The position numbers and the translations under genes are program-made. Under the pieces are notes generated by a model. The model made no database searches, was not told the origin of the DNA, and was given only the letters and a program-made list of their open reading frames with translations. DNA of 64,000 nucleotides from a virus, in UHGV virus genome UHGV-1373362; one strand, given 5' to 3'. Positions 47,679-57,997 of the stretch are shown piece after piece (within the stretch, counting starts at the first letter, position 1; every line of letters begins with the position of its first letter).

Positions 47679-48109
47679 GTCTACCTATTGATTGGGAACT
47701 ATTAGGGTATGTGAAAGGGTTATTTTCATTTAGTACAGATAGAATACAATCCATCTCTAGGGAGGATGGTAAGCTATTTATTGCTACTGACGATGATAGA
47801 CGCTTTATACTGAAACTAGTCGAAATTGGTCCAGTTATGGAGAAGTTTAATAATAATATAGGTGAGCATCAAACACTCTTCTATATTAATCCAGAAACTA
47901 AAGAACTAGTGTTTAGGAGTAAGACTGCATATGAATCAGAGAAAGAAGCTATTCATGCTGCTATGGTTATTAATGTGCAGGATAAAACTATTCATAAAAG
48001 ACAGGCTTATAAGTGTAGCGTGTGTCATAAGTGGCACGTAGGTAGAGGGAAAACCATACTCACAGATGAAGACAAAAGGAAACTTAAAATTAAGCATAAC
48101 ATTCAATGA
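47675..48109 (+). CDS. hypothetical protein with C-terminal Cys/His motif
   Basis: 144 aa. CSVCHKWH near the C-terminus (zinc-binding-like). Confidence 0.4.
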   Translation: MSLPIDWELLGYVKGLFSFSTDRIQSISREDGKLFIATDDDRRFILKLVEIGPVMEKFNNNIGEHQTLFYINPETKELVFRSKTAYESEKEAIHAAMVINVQDKTIHKRQAYKCSVCHKWHVGRGKTILTDEDKRKLKIKHNIQ

Positions 48110-48324
48110 CAACTTATCTACTCCCTTGTTGCGGGAATAGTCATTGCTGGATTGAGAAAGTACGTGCTAGGAATTTCTCCGATGCTCAGCAGAAGTTTAT
48201 TAATGCTTTCACAGAAGATTACGAGGATATTGATATTCCTTCTGATTGGGAGGATTTAATCAAGATTCTAAACACTCAAGCAGATATAATAATTGGTGAT
48301 ATATATGATATAGAGGAGTTCTAG
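48106..48324 (+). CDS. hypothetical protein
   Basis: 72-aa ORF. Confidence 0.3.
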   Translation: MTTYLLPCCGNSHCWIEKVRARNFSDAQQKFINAFTEDYEDIDIPSDWEDLIKILNTQADIIIGDIYDIEEF

Positions 48325-48344
48325 TCATATACAATAAGTAAAAC

Positions 48345-48845
48345 ATGAGAATTGGACTAGATATAGACGATTGCTTGGCAGACTTTTGGGGGGCATATTG
48401 CAAATATTTTGATGTAAAGAACAACCCTAAAATGCTTCAAGACCACATTATTACGCGTAATGTTCAACAAGTATTAAGCAAGGACAGGGACTTCTGGTTA
48501 CAACTAGAAGTAATTAATTTTCCAGACTTTATTCCAGAACTATATTGTACTAAAAGAGTCAATAATAAGGCATGGACTAGAGAATGGTTAAGAATAAATG
48601 GATTCCCTGACCGACCTATATACCAAATGGTTTATCAGCATGGAAACAAAGCTGACATGATCAGAGGTAGAGTTGATGTATTCATCGACGATTCACTTAG
48701 CAATGTTTTAAAATGTAATAAGTCTGGGGTTCCAGCCTTACTGTATCATACAGAGAGGACTAAGGACTTCCCAATGTATAAGGTATATTCTCTCGATAAA
48801 GATAGTATATTAGAGGCATACACGTTTATGCGTCAGTATGCATAA
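48345..48845 (+). CDS. 5'(3')-deoxyribonucleotidase (HAD superfamily, NT5C-like)
   Basis: N-terminal MRIGLDIDDCLADF matches the HAD motif I DxDx(T/V) with the ADF signature of the NT5C family. Confidence 0.6.
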   Translation: MRIGLDIDDCLADFWGAYCKYFDVKNNPKMLQDHIITRNVQQVLSKDRDFWLQLEVINFPDFIPELYCTKRVNNKAWTREWLRINGFPDRPIYQMVYQHGNKADMIRGRVDVFIDDSLSNVLKCNKSGVPALLYHTERTKDFPMYKVYSLDKDSILEAYTFMRQYA

Positions 48846-49878
48846 GAATATAAGGCTTATCCCATTATTTGACACTGTTCAGTTTATCAGAATGAGTGAT
48901 GAAGAGTACTTTAGTAGTAAGTGGAGTGGATATATTAGCAATTCTCTACTATCACTAATAAACCCCGAACAGGGAGGTTCTCCTAAGATGTATGAAGAGG
49001 GTTTAAGGGAGCATTCTAAGTACTCAGATTCTCTTATATTTGGTAGTGCAGTTCACGAGTTGGTACTACAACCTGATGACTTTATATTAGTTGACAATGT
49101 TAACAGGCCTACTGCTAAAATGGGGGCTATGGCAGATGAGTTATATAAGGCGTTCCTTAATGATGGAGTATCTGACAAAGATATTATAGCTGCATCTGAC
49201 AAAGTCGATTACTATAAAGGTAAGATGGATGAGACTAAGATTGAGAACGTTAGAGATAAATGCATGAACTATTGGCAAGATAGACAAGATTGGGAATCCA
49301 GACATGCTACTTCCAATAAGGAACCAATTTATCTTGACCCTAAGTCTAGGGAGAAATTACAGCTCTGCTTATCTGCAATTGAAGCAAATAAGGAGTTACA
49401 AGGACTACTACATCCAGAGGGAGTATTCAGTACTCCTATTGTTATTAACGAGGGTGCTCTATTTATGGATGTTAAAGCCGAGGATGGAAATAATGAAACT
49501 ATCCTTAAATTAAAGGGTAAGTTGGATAACTTTACCATAGATACTGATACTAATGAAGTAGTTCTTAATGACTTAAAGACTACTGGTCATTGGTTATGTA
49601 ATTTTAACGACTCATTTGAGAAGTATCACTATGCAAGACAAATGGCTATGTATAGTTTCATGCTTCAGTCTTATGTAAAGACTAAGTTTGGAATTGATGA
49701 TTTTAGCCAGTCCGTGAATATGTTATTGTCATGTACCGTTCCAGATTATAGATCTGGAATATTCAAAGTGACTAATAAGCAAATTCACAGAGGACTCTTA
49801 GAGTTTAAAGACTTGCTACAACGTGTTGCTTATTTTACTATGTATGGATCTAATGGAAGCATGGAATCCAACGTATGA
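48838..49878 (+). CDS. PD-(D/E)XK family nuclease (exonuclease-like)
   Basis: FTIDTDTNEVVLNDLKTT contains a D...(D/E)xK arrangement. 346 aa. Confidence 0.4.
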   Translation: MHKNIRLIPLFDTVQFIRMSDEEYFSSKWSGYISNSLLSLINPEQGGSPKMYEEGLREHSKYSDSLIFGSAVHELVLQPDDFILVDNVNRPTAKMGAMADELYKAFLNDGVSDKDIIAASDKVDYYKGKMDETKIENVRDKCMNYWQDRQDWESRHATSNKEPIYLDPKSREKLQLCLSAIEANKELQGLLHPEGVFSTPIVINEGALFMDVKAEDGNNETILKLKGKLDNFTIDTDTNEVVLNDLKTTGHWLCNFNDSFEKYHYARQMAMYSFMLQSYVKTKFGIDDFSQSVNMLLSCTVPDYRSGIFKVTNKQIHRGLLEFKDLLQRVAYFTMYGSNGSMESNV

Positions 49879-50203
49879 CGAGTTAGAGGATTATTATAGT
49901 AAGTATTTTAGCCTAGGACATTTATCATGTGATATTGGGAGCAAGTTTGCTCTTGTATCTCTGATATGTTTCCTTACTAAACAAGCTAGAGTTAAAAACC
50001 CGGATGCAACCTGTTACCAAGTAATAATGAAAATTATTGACGGAGAGGAATCTTCACATGATATGACTTTTATAAGAGGTTTATCTATAGTCTGTACAGA
50101 CATAATGAAGAATTGCAACGAATACCTAACATTTGACATGAAATCCTCTAAAGAGATGGTTAAGAAGATCAAAGATATTTTACATACCTGGTTACCATTT
50201 TGA
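49823..50203 (+). CDS. hypothetical protein
   Basis: 126-aa ORF. Confidence 0.35.
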   Translation: MLLILLCMDLMEAWNPTYDELEDYYSKYFSLGHLSCDIGSKFALVSLICFLTKQARVKNPDATCYQVIMKIIDGEESSHDMTFIRGLSIVCTDIMKNCNEYLTFDMKSSKEMVKKIKDILHTWLPF

Positions 50204-50204
50204 T

Positions 50205-50417
50205 ATGACAAGACAAGAAGCTAATAAGGAAATTTTGGAAATATTAGGTAGGATGGCTGAAATGTATCCTGATCTAAGATTTCAGCAGGTGCTCTACATA
50301 TCAGAAGTTAGTAATTATGGAGGTGAGGATAAATTTTATGAAGAAAGTGAATCAACCTTGGACTTGCTTAAATATGCACTAAGGCACAGACCCGATCTAA
50401 TAGGTTCGGATAGATAA
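50205..50417 (+). CDS. hypothetical protein
   Basis: 70-aa ORF. Confidence 0.3.
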   Translation: MTRQEANKEILEILGRMAEMYPDLRFQQVLYISEVSNYGGEDKFYEESESTLDLLKYALRHRPDLIGSDR

Positions 50418-50470
50418 TAAATTTTTAACATTTATTTACTATAGCCTCACTTGTCTACCTCACCAGAATA

Positions 50471-50586
50471 TAGTATCTTTGTATCACTTTCCTGCAAGGG
50501 AAACACGTAGATTAAAATCATAATTTTAGATTATTTAATACTAGAACTACTTGGCGAAATAAAACTAATGTAGTATCTTTGTATCA
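50471..50586 (+). promoter_or_regulatory. two copies of TAGTATCTTTGTATCA (Bacteroidetes-type -7 element TAnnTTTG)
   Basis: Identical 16-mers at 50471-50486 and 50571-50586, upstream of the gene at 50619. Each contains TAtcTTTG, the Bacteroides sigma-A -7 consensus. Confidence 0.45.
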
Positions 50587-50618
50587 TCAAACTAAAGAGA
50601 TATAATACGTATGAAATA

Positions 50619-51173
50619 ATGTTTAAATTTGATTTTATTATGCAAGCAATGAATTTTAAGAGAGTAGAAGTAAAAGGTTTTACTAAACAAGAAGCTATCG
50701 ATCAAGCACCTTTCCAAGTTATCCGTGATGCAACTCAGGCATGGAAAACAGCAGGTAAACCTGTAACAGAAAAGTCACTAAAAGAGTTCTGTGCAGATTA
50801 TTTGTCTAAACATACTAAGTTTGCAGCTGGTATTGGATGTTCAATCACTATTGAGGCTGGTTCTGCCGATACAAGACAGAGACCATACACCATTATCGAC
50901 ATTAAGAACGAGAAGGGTAAACGTAAGTATAAAACTGGCTATCAAGGATTAAATCCTGCAACCGGAGAAGTCTTGTTTACTAATTTTGAGACTAAGACTA
51001 AAGCTAAAGAGGTAGCTAAGGAACTTTACACTAAGAAAGATTATAAGGGCGACGTATTCTGCAAGTACATCAAAGATGTAGTTGAGGGTGAGGTTGGCGC
51101 ATTTGAAGTTAAGTACACTCCATCTAAGAGTGCTAATCAAGGAACTTATATCTGCTTTGGAGTTGAGGCTTAA
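50619..51173 (+). CDS. hypothetical protein (likely highly expressed)
   Basis: 184-aa ORF after duplicated promoter-like motifs and before a hairpin plus T-run (about 51195-51250). Confidence 0.5.
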   Translation: MFKFDFIMQAMNFKRVEVKGFTKQEAIDQAPFQVIRDATQAWKTAGKPVTEKSLKEFCADYLSKHTKFAAGIGCSITIEAGSADTRQRPYTIIDIKNEKGKRKYKTGYQGLNPATGEVLFTNFETKTKAKEVAKELYTKKDYKGDVFCKYIKDVVEGEVGAFEVKYTPSKSANQGTYICFGVEA

Positions 51174-51320
51174 TTGGTAAAATAGCTTCTACAACTTTAA
51201 ATATCAAAGGGATTATCTTATGTGAATAAGGTAGTCCCTTATTTTTTTGTATAAGATTAACTAAACTATAGAGATGTATTTTGTAAAGGCGTAACTGCTT
51301 ATAAATTTAAAACATCACTC

Positions 51321-52877
51321 ATGAGAGAGCAAACAGTTATTAGACTCATTCATCACTTAAAATCAATTATAGATCGAGGTATATCTAAGAATGCATATGC
51401 AAACAATAGTGGATTACCAACTAGTTATTTCTGGCAAAAGAAGAAACAATTAGAAATTGAAGGGGTTCCTTCTAACCCTTCTTTGTGTGAAGAAGCATTA
51501 GATCTTTATAATACTATTGAATATAGAGGAAGAGCAGGGTCTTCTAAGAAAGAAGTACGAGCACCGGAAGATTCAACAGAGAGAACTGAGATTAAGATTG
51601 AGAGGAATGACGACAATAAAATTACTGGGTATTCCTTTAAGGTTTATATTAGAGATAAACAACCCTTAATAGGTAATTTATCTAGGGATGAAATGCAATT
51701 GATCCATAGAATGTATTCTAACTATGGTAGTTCAATTACCCAAAAGGAAATATCTAGATTCTTCCCAGAATACTCTTTAGAGGACTTTAAACGTATTCTA
51801 AGGGCATTCTCAATTACTAAAGCGTCTTCTCCATTTGCGCCTCATATTATTGAGGAAAATAGTAAGGAAGAACTATTGGAAATGCAATTTAGGGAGAAGG
51901 AAAATGATTTCCTAAGAAGTTATGAGGCTGAGAAAGTTAAGCAAACAGAAGCCCAACTAAGGAAATACATGAAAGAAAATCAAGACCTTAAAGATCAGCT
52001 CAGAAATTTTTCTGTGCTAGTAGAAGGCATTGATGTGTCAGGTCTATCCAAATTCATTCCAGCTACGAATGTAAAGGAAGATAGAGACCTGATTATTTGG
52101 TTATCAGATATGCATGTAGGAGCGTCTGTGTCTGGATACTCCATTTATGCTAATGAGTATGATAAGGATGAGATAGAAAACAGACTTCAAACACTGGCTC
52201 AACAGATTACAAGAGAGGCTCTCACATTTGGTAGCTTCAGTAATGTGATTGTATGTAATTTGGGAGATTCCCTAGACGGTTATGATGGACAAACTACTAG
52301 GGGAGGACATCAATTAGCTCAAAACATGAACAATAAAGATCAATTAAAATGCTTTATTGAAGTAATGACTAAGTTTATGACTACATTGGCGGAGGAAGTG
52401 CCATGTGGCAGTTTAAGTTATTACTGTGTTGGTGAGTCTAACCATGATGGAGATTTTGGATACTCTGCTAATATTGCATTACAGTATATATTACAGAGCA
52501 TGAATATAGAGGCCACTATATTTGATAAGTTTATTGGTGAATTTGTACTAGGAGGTACCACATACATTCTATGTCATGGTAAAGATAATAAGGACATGTT
52601 TAAGAACCTACCTCTTACGTTAGATGTTAAAACTGAAAACTTTATCAATGAATACTTAGATAATAGGGGTATAAAAGGCAATGTAGTTTTCGCTAAGGGT
52701 GATTTGCACCAATCAGCTACTACCTACGGTAGAAGATTCACGTATAAATCTGTAGGTTCATTGTTTGGAAGCTCTGAATGGATTCACAAGAATTTTGGAA
52801 ATACTCCAGCTGCTTGTGACTATTCCATTGTAGATGTGAGTGGTAATATGTTGGATGGCAGAATAGTACTGCAATGA
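51321..52877 (+). CDS. calcineurin-like metallophosphoesterase (SbcD/Mre11-like nuclease?)
   Basis: Phosphoesterase motifs LIIWLSDMHVG (D.H), LGDSLDG (GD..D), VGESNHDGD (GNH[DE]) in the C-terminal half. 518 aa with an N-terminal extension. Confidence 0.55.
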   Translation: MREQTVIRLIHHLKSIIDRGISKNAYANNSGLPTSYFWQKKKQLEIEGVPSNPSLCEEALDLYNTIEYRGRAGSSKKEVRAPEDSTERTEIKIERNDDNKITGYSFKVYIRDKQPLIGNLSRDEMQLIHRMYSNYGSSITQKEISRFFPEYSLEDFKRILRAFSITKASSPFAPHIIEENSKEELLEMQFREKENDFLRSYEAEKVKQTEAQLRKYMKENQDLKDQLRNFSVLVEGIDVSGLSKFIPATNVKEDRDLIIWLSDMHVGASVSGYSIYANEYDKDEIENRLQTLAQQITREALTFGSFSNVIVCNLGDSLDGYDGQTTRGGHQLAQNMNNKDQLKCFIEVMTKFMTTLAEEVPCGSLSYYCVGESNHDGDFGYSANIALQYILQSMNIEATIFDKFIGEFVLGGTTYILCHGKDNKDMFKNLPLTLDVKTENFINEYLDNRGIKGNVVFAKGDLHQSATTYGRRFTYKSVGSLFGSSEWIHKNFGNTPAACDYSIVDVSGNMLDGRIVLQ

Positions 52878-53719
52878 TTAATGAAATTAACAATGTAATT
52901 GGTTCTTATGAGAGCCTAAAGCAACAATATGAAGAAACCCTCAAACAGCTTGATAAGATTATGGCTGATAAAGAAGGGGTAAAATCAGAGATTATAGATA
53001 CGTATAATAAAATACGTGAATACTGCCTTGCAGAAGAATTTATTTCAAAAGATCCAGTAGTAATTCCTACATACAGGGTTAAGAATCACAAACTTCAAGC
53101 TATCACCGATGTGACTACCGAGTTTGTAAATAAGATTTATAACAAGGAGACAAACAAATTAAACATTTCAGACAGTAATGCTATCAAACTAAAAGCAAAG
53201 GCAACTCAATGTCCTAATATATCTATTAGAAATAATAGTTATTACTGGAAAAATGTTAGATTAGTTCCATGCGAAGACGGGTGGCAATCATTAAAGTGCA
53301 GTAAGGAATTTTTGGAATGGTTCCGACACTGTAAGATCAGATTCATAAACTTTGGCGATAGAGGGTTTATGTCTGGGGGTTCACTATCAGAAATCATTAT
53401 AACTTTACTTAAAAGTATTCTTAGGAATAAGACCACTGAGGAATTAGAGGAAGCTATTAAGAAAAGTAAGAAGGCCAGGAATGGTACAGATTTAGGAGGT
53501 TTGAACAAAACCTTGGCTGCCATGAAAGAGCAGGGTATTACTACAGTCAAGGAAGCGCCGGTTATATTATCAAAGAATAGTAATGGAGCTAACGTTAGAC
53601 TACTATGTGCTATTCTTAAGTACTATAACCACAAAGACCTCTTGAAAAACATTAAGTTTTATAGGGAAGATACTCCAATAAAAAGTGAAGAGGAGGGTTA
53701 TGAAAATGAGGATATTTGA
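52874..53719 (+). CDS. hypothetical protein
   Basis: 281-aa ORF. Confidence 0.45.
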   Translation: MINEINNVIGSYESLKQQYEETLKQLDKIMADKEGVKSEIIDTYNKIREYCLAEEFISKDPVVIPTYRVKNHKLQAITDVTTEFVNKIYNKETNKLNISDSNAIKLKAKATQCPNISIRNNSYYWKNVRLVPCEDGWQSLKCSKEFLEWFRHCKIRFINFGDRGFMSGGSLSEIIITLLKSILRNKTTEELEEAIKKSKKARNGTDLGGLNKTLAAMKEQGITTVKEAPVILSKNSNGANVRLLCAILKYYNHKDLLKNIKFYREDTPIKSEEEGYENEDI

Positions 53720-54080
53720 TGAGTTATTAAAGCAAACGTTAGACCTTCATGATTTAGAGGGGTTAAGAGATTTAGCTAGGATATTCGAGGATCTGTTCGA
53801 AAAGATCGATATGGATCCAAGTGAATATGACTGGGAGATGTTCGGTCTGGAAGAATTACAAGACCCAGAGGCTGTAAGAATATTCTGTTTAGGTAACTTA
53901 ATGTATGCAGCTCAGGATGCAGGTATTATTCCAAGTTTTGTTGATCTAGATGATTTTGACTTTTCTTGTGATGCCATATTTAGGAATATAGAAGAATATT
54001 CTGATGTAGAAGCAGAAGATATTGTTAAAGGAATTGAGAGATTTAATGAACTTACTGGAGCAAATATAATGATTGAATAA
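53685..54080 (+). CDS. hypothetical acidic protein
   Basis: 131-aa ORF. Confidence 0.4.
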   Translation: MKRRVMKMRIFDELLKQTLDLHDLEGLRDLARIFEDLFEKIDMDPSEYDWEMFGLEELQDPEAVRIFCLGNLMYAAQDAGIIPSFVDLDDFDFSCDAIFRNIEEYSDVEAEDIVKGIERFNELTGANIMIE

Positions 54081-54859
54081 TGCACGTAACATTAGACCAA
54101 CTATTAAGTGGTAAAGCTACCCAAATTAAGGACAGGAATTACTTTCCTACGAGAGCATATGTGGAACCATTCTTAGAAACTATGTCCAAGTTTACTAGTG
54201 ATTTCAGGGTGCAAGTGAAAGTACCTGATCAAATTACTAGAACCGTGGATGGGAATGTAAATACAGATGATATTACTTATAATAGAGTATTAATTGAGGC
54301 AGTTATGCCTGATGAATATGCATGGGATAACCATGATGAAGTTATCGGATTTTTATACGGACTAGATGTTCGCAAGCCGATAGTGAAAATGTATAGAGGT
54401 GGACTTAATAGAGCATGTACTAACCTATGCGTGTTTGATCCATCTTTTATTAATATTCAAGAGCTTGAACCAGAGAGGGGGATAAGCTATAAGCCAGTTA
54501 AACATCTTATGGAACAGACTTCCGACTTAAAGATGTGGCTAGAGACTCTACACAACACAGAGTGGGAGAGGACAGTACCACTAATTGAATCTAATCTAGG
54601 TAAATGGATGAGAAATGCAATATCTCAACATTGTAACCTTGGTTATGGTAATATTAAGCTAGGTACTAAGGAAGTCATTGACGCTTATAAATCTTTGTTT
54701 GTGGACTCTAAATCAGAGTATTATGTTAAGGAGGATGAAGATGTTAATATGTTCAAGGTTTATAATGCATTTACAGATCTCATCAGCAATGATGGAGGTA
54801 AAGATATTATAAATAAAGCAGAGAAAACACTGTTATTAAGAACAATTTTAGACTTTTAA
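54080..54859 (+). CDS. hypothetical protein
   Basis: 259-aa ORF. Confidence 0.45.
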   Translation: MHVTLDQLLSGKATQIKDRNYFPTRAYVEPFLETMSKFTSDFRVQVKVPDQITRTVDGNVNTDDITYNRVLIEAVMPDEYAWDNHDEVIGFLYGLDVRKPIVKMYRGGLNRACTNLCVFDPSFINIQELEPERGISYKPVKHLMEQTSDLKMWLETLHNTEWERTVPLIESNLGKWMRNAISQHCNLGYGNIKLGTKEVIDAYKSLFVDSKSEYYVKEDEDVNMFKVYNAFTDLISNDGGKDIINKAEKTLLLRTILDF

Positions 54860-54861
54860 TT

Positions 54862-55209
54862 ATGGAAATGAAAGAGTTGTACCTTAAAGTATTGGAGAAG
54901 TTTAATTGTAAGGAAATGCTCAAAGCACATGAATGTGTTGCATATGTAACAAATTGGGGTAATGAGGATTTCTACAGTCTAAACTATACTATCTTCTGTC
55001 ATGAGGCTAAATACCCTTCTGATAGAAAGTGTAGGCAGATACGCTTCAAATGTTCTGATAAAGAATCAGGATTTATACTAAATGGTCCAAATAATACGGT
55101 AGACTATCTTGTTACTAAGGATGAAGCTGTCGAGATTATATACCTCTTTCTTTCCATTAGGAGGAAATTGCAAGATATAACACGTGATGAACTGCTAGAA
55201 CTTCTTTAA
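54862..55209 (+). CDS. hypothetical protein
   Basis: 115-aa ORF. Confidence 0.4.
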   Translation: MEMKELYLKVLEKFNCKEMLKAHECVAYVTNWGNEDFYSLNYTIFCHEAKYPSDRKCRQIRFKCSDKESGFILNGPNNTVDYLVTKDEAVEIIYLFLSIRRKLQDITRDELLELL

Positions 55210-55219
55210 TCTATAATTA

Positions 55220-57298
55220 ATGCTAGTAGTAAAAAGGAATAAGACAGTACAACCCTTTGATTGGGGTAAAGTGGATTTAGCTATTACTAAGGCATTCCAT
55301 GCAGTTAATGAACCTATTGACATGGAAATACTTAGTGACATTAAAGATGAGTTATACTTCAACAATATTATATCAGTAGAAGAAATACAAGATCAAATAG
55401 AGAAAGCTCTAATGGCTTGTGATTATTATAATGTTGCTAAAGCATTCATCTTATACAGACATAAGCAAACAGAGCTTAGAAAGTTAACCAGTAAGAAACA
55501 ATTTATTAAAGACTACGCTAACGCAAGTAACGCTGCAACTGGTAGTAAGTATGATTCAAATGCTAATGTTACTGAGAAGAACATTGTAACTTTAAATGGT
55601 GAATTGTTCAAAGGTGACATTATTAAGGTAAATCGCACTATTCTTACTGATAAGATTAGAGAAATGTATGGTGAGGATTTAGCTAAGGAATATATCCGTC
55701 AGCTAGAATCTCATGAACTATATAAACATGATGAGACTAGTATTATGCCATATTGTGTGGCTATTACTATGTATCCATTCTTGTTGGAAGGTTTGCAGCC
55801 TATTGGAGGTTTATCTGCAAAACCCAAAAACTTGGATTCATTCTGTGGTATGTTTGTAAATCTAGTATTTGCAATCAGTTCACAGTTTGCTGGTGCAGTA
55901 GCCACTGGTGAGTTCCTAATGTATTTCGATTATTTTGCTCGTAAAGAGTGGGGTGAAGATTATTGGAAACGTCCAGAGGAAATGGTTGATAAGCATAGAA
56001 ATATTGACAAGACACTGGAGCAGAAATTCCAACAGATTGTATATTCAATTAATCAGCCTGCTGCTGCTCGTAACTTCCAATCAGTATTCTGGAATATAAG
56101 TTACTTTGATAAGTATTACTTTGAGGGATTATTTGGGGAATTTGTATTCCCTGATGGTAGTAAACCTCAATGGGATTCATTAAACTGGTTACAGAAGAAA
56201 TTCATGAGCTGGTTTAATGAAGAGCGTACTAAATGTATCTTGACATTCCCTGTCGAAACTGTGGCATTACTTACTGATGGCGAGGATATTCGTGATAAGG
56301 AATGGGCTGACTTCACTGCTGAAATGTATAGTAAAGGGCATTCTTTCTTTACTTATACTTCTGATAGTGCAGATTCGTTATCTTCTTGTTGCAGACTAAG
56401 GAATGAGGTTACTGATAATCAATTTTCCTATTCATTAGGTGCAGGTGGTATTGCTACTGGTAGTAAGTCAGTAATGACTTTAAATATCAATAGGTTAGTA
56501 CAGGATGCAGTTAATAAGGGATATGATATGATTGATTATTTAAGATCTCAGGTTCAGAAGGTTCATAAATATCAAACTGCATATAATGAACTGCTAAAGG
56601 ACTATCTAAATAATGGATTATTGACCGTTTACACAGCTGGGTTCATAAACCTACAAAAACAGTATCTTACTGTTGGAGTTAATGGTGTTATTGAAGCTGC
56701 TGAGTTCTTAGGAATTAAAGTCAATGATAATCCTACTTATAGAGAGTTCATGCAGTCAATTCTTAAAACTATTAGTGATGAGAATCGTAAAGCTAAAACC
56801 AAAGAGTTAATGTTTAATACTGAATTTGTACCTGCTGAAAACTTAGGAGTTAAACATGCTAATTGGGATAGAAAGGACGGTTACGTTGTACCAAGGGATT
56901 GCTATAATAGTTACTTCTATGCAGTTGAAGATATGTCTCTTAGTGTGCTTGATAAATTTAAATTACATGGAAAGGCATATGTAGAGAATCTAGATGGAGG
57001 TAGTGCCCTTCATATGAATCTGGATGAACATCTTACTAAAGATCAATATAGAAACCTGCTACGAATTGCAGCTACTAATGGTACCAATTATTTTACATTT
57101 AACATCCCAAATACCATCTGTAATGACTGTGGGCACATTGATAAAAGGTACTTGCATGAGTGTCCTAAATGCGGAAGCAAGAATATAGATTATGCAACTA
57201 GAGTTATTGGATATTTAAAGAGAATTAGTAACTTTAGTGAGGCCAGACAAGCTGAGGCTAAGAGAAGGTTTTACACCCCTAATACTAATGAGGTATGA
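55220..57298 (+). CDS. nrdD: anaerobic ribonucleoside-triphosphate reductase (class III RNR)
   Basis: C-terminal glycyl-radical motif RVIGYLKRI (RxxGY) and zinc ribbon CNDCGH...CPKCGS. 692 aa. Confidence 0.85.
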   Translation: MLVVKRNKTVQPFDWGKVDLAITKAFHAVNEPIDMEILSDIKDELYFNNIISVEEIQDQIEKALMACDYYNVAKAFILYRHKQTELRKLTSKKQFIKDYANASNAATGSKYDSNANVTEKNIVTLNGELFKGDIIKVNRTILTDKIREMYGEDLAKEYIRQLESHELYKHDETSIMPYCVAITMYPFLLEGLQPIGGLSAKPKNLDSFCGMFVNLVFAISSQFAGAVATGEFLMYFDYFARKEWGEDYWKRPEEMVDKHRNIDKTLEQKFQQIVYSINQPAAARNFQSVFWNISYFDKYYFEGLFGEFVFPDGSKPQWDSLNWLQKKFMSWFNEERTKCILTFPVETVALLTDGEDIRDKEWADFTAEMYSKGHSFFTYTSDSADSLSSCCRLRNEVTDNQFSYSLGAGGIATGSKSVMTLNINRLVQDAVNKGYDMIDYLRSQVQKVHKYQTAYNELLKDYLNNGLLTVYTAGFINLQKQYLTVGVNGVIEAAEFLGIKVNDNPTYREFMQSILKTISDENRKAKTKELMFNTEFVPAENLGVKHANWDRKDGYVVPRDCYNSYFYAVEDMSLSVLDKFKLHGKAYVENLDGGSALHMNLDEHLTKDQYRNLLRIAATNGTNYFTFNIPNTICNDCGHIDKRYLHECPKCGSKNIDYATRVIGYLKRISNFSEARQAEAKRRFYTPNTNEV

Positions 57299-57507
57299 TG
57301 ATTTTTAAACTTTTATTCGTGGCTCTCATGTTAGTAGAGCTGACTATAGGATTTGCAGTAAAGTGGAATTATAAAGGAATTAGAGATAGACTTATTGAAT
57401 GGTTTACAGTAAATGATGTTAGAGATTTTATTGCTACGGGATTTGCTGATAAGTGGATTACTCAGATATTCCTGTTGTTGATATTATTTCTATTATGTAT
57501 TATCTAG
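57295..57507 (+). CDS. small membrane protein
   Basis: 70 aa, two hydrophobic segments, between nrdD and nrdG. Confidence 0.3.
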   Translation: MMIFKLLFVALMLVELTIGFAVKWNYKGIRDRLIEWFTVNDVRDFIATGFADKWITQIFLLLILFLLCII

Positions 57508-57508
57508 T

Positions 57509-57997
57509 ATGCTTAAATATGTAAACTACGACATAGTTTTTCAGGAGATTCCTAACGAAACTACTCTAGCTATAAACATATCTAATTGTCCATGTCATTG
57601 TAAGGGTTGTCATAGCCCTTACTTGGCAAAGGATATTGGAACTGAACTAACATCTTATTCTCTTTTGGAATTACTTAAGAAAAATAAAGGAATAACTTGT
57701 GTAGCTATGATGGGGGGTGACTCAGAGCCACAAGAGGTAGAATATTTCTCTGAATTGGTAAGGAATATAGCTGGATTGAGATATGCTTGGTATTCTGGGA
57801 GACAGGAGCTTCCAAAGGATATAGACATATCTAAGTTTGACTATATTAAGCTAGGCCCCTACGTCGAAGAGTTAGGGGGTTTAAAGAGTCCTACTACCAA
57901 CCAACGGTTCTATGAAGTCCAAATGAGTAGAGAAATTGACGAAAATGATAACCCAATCTATGGGTTAGTAGATGTTACAGATGTATTTTGGAAATGA
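57509..57997 (+). CDS. nrdG: anaerobic RNR activating protein (radical SAM)
   Basis: CxxxCxxC motif NCPCHCKGCHSP near the N-terminus. 162 aa, immediately downstream of nrdD. Confidence 0.75.
   Translation: MLKYVNYDIVFQEIPNETTLAINISNCPCHCKGCHSPYLAKDIGTELTSYSLLELLKKNKGITCVAMMGGDSEPQEVEYFSELVRNIAGLRYAWYSGRQELPKDIDISKFDYIKLGPYVEELGGLKSPTTNQRFYEVQMSREIDENDNPIYGLVDVTDVFWK

Noticed and set aside
50471-50586. Possible CRISPR array
   Set aside because: Only two copies of a 16-mer with a 84-bp spacer and no further repeats. No cas genes. The motif matches a promoter element instead.
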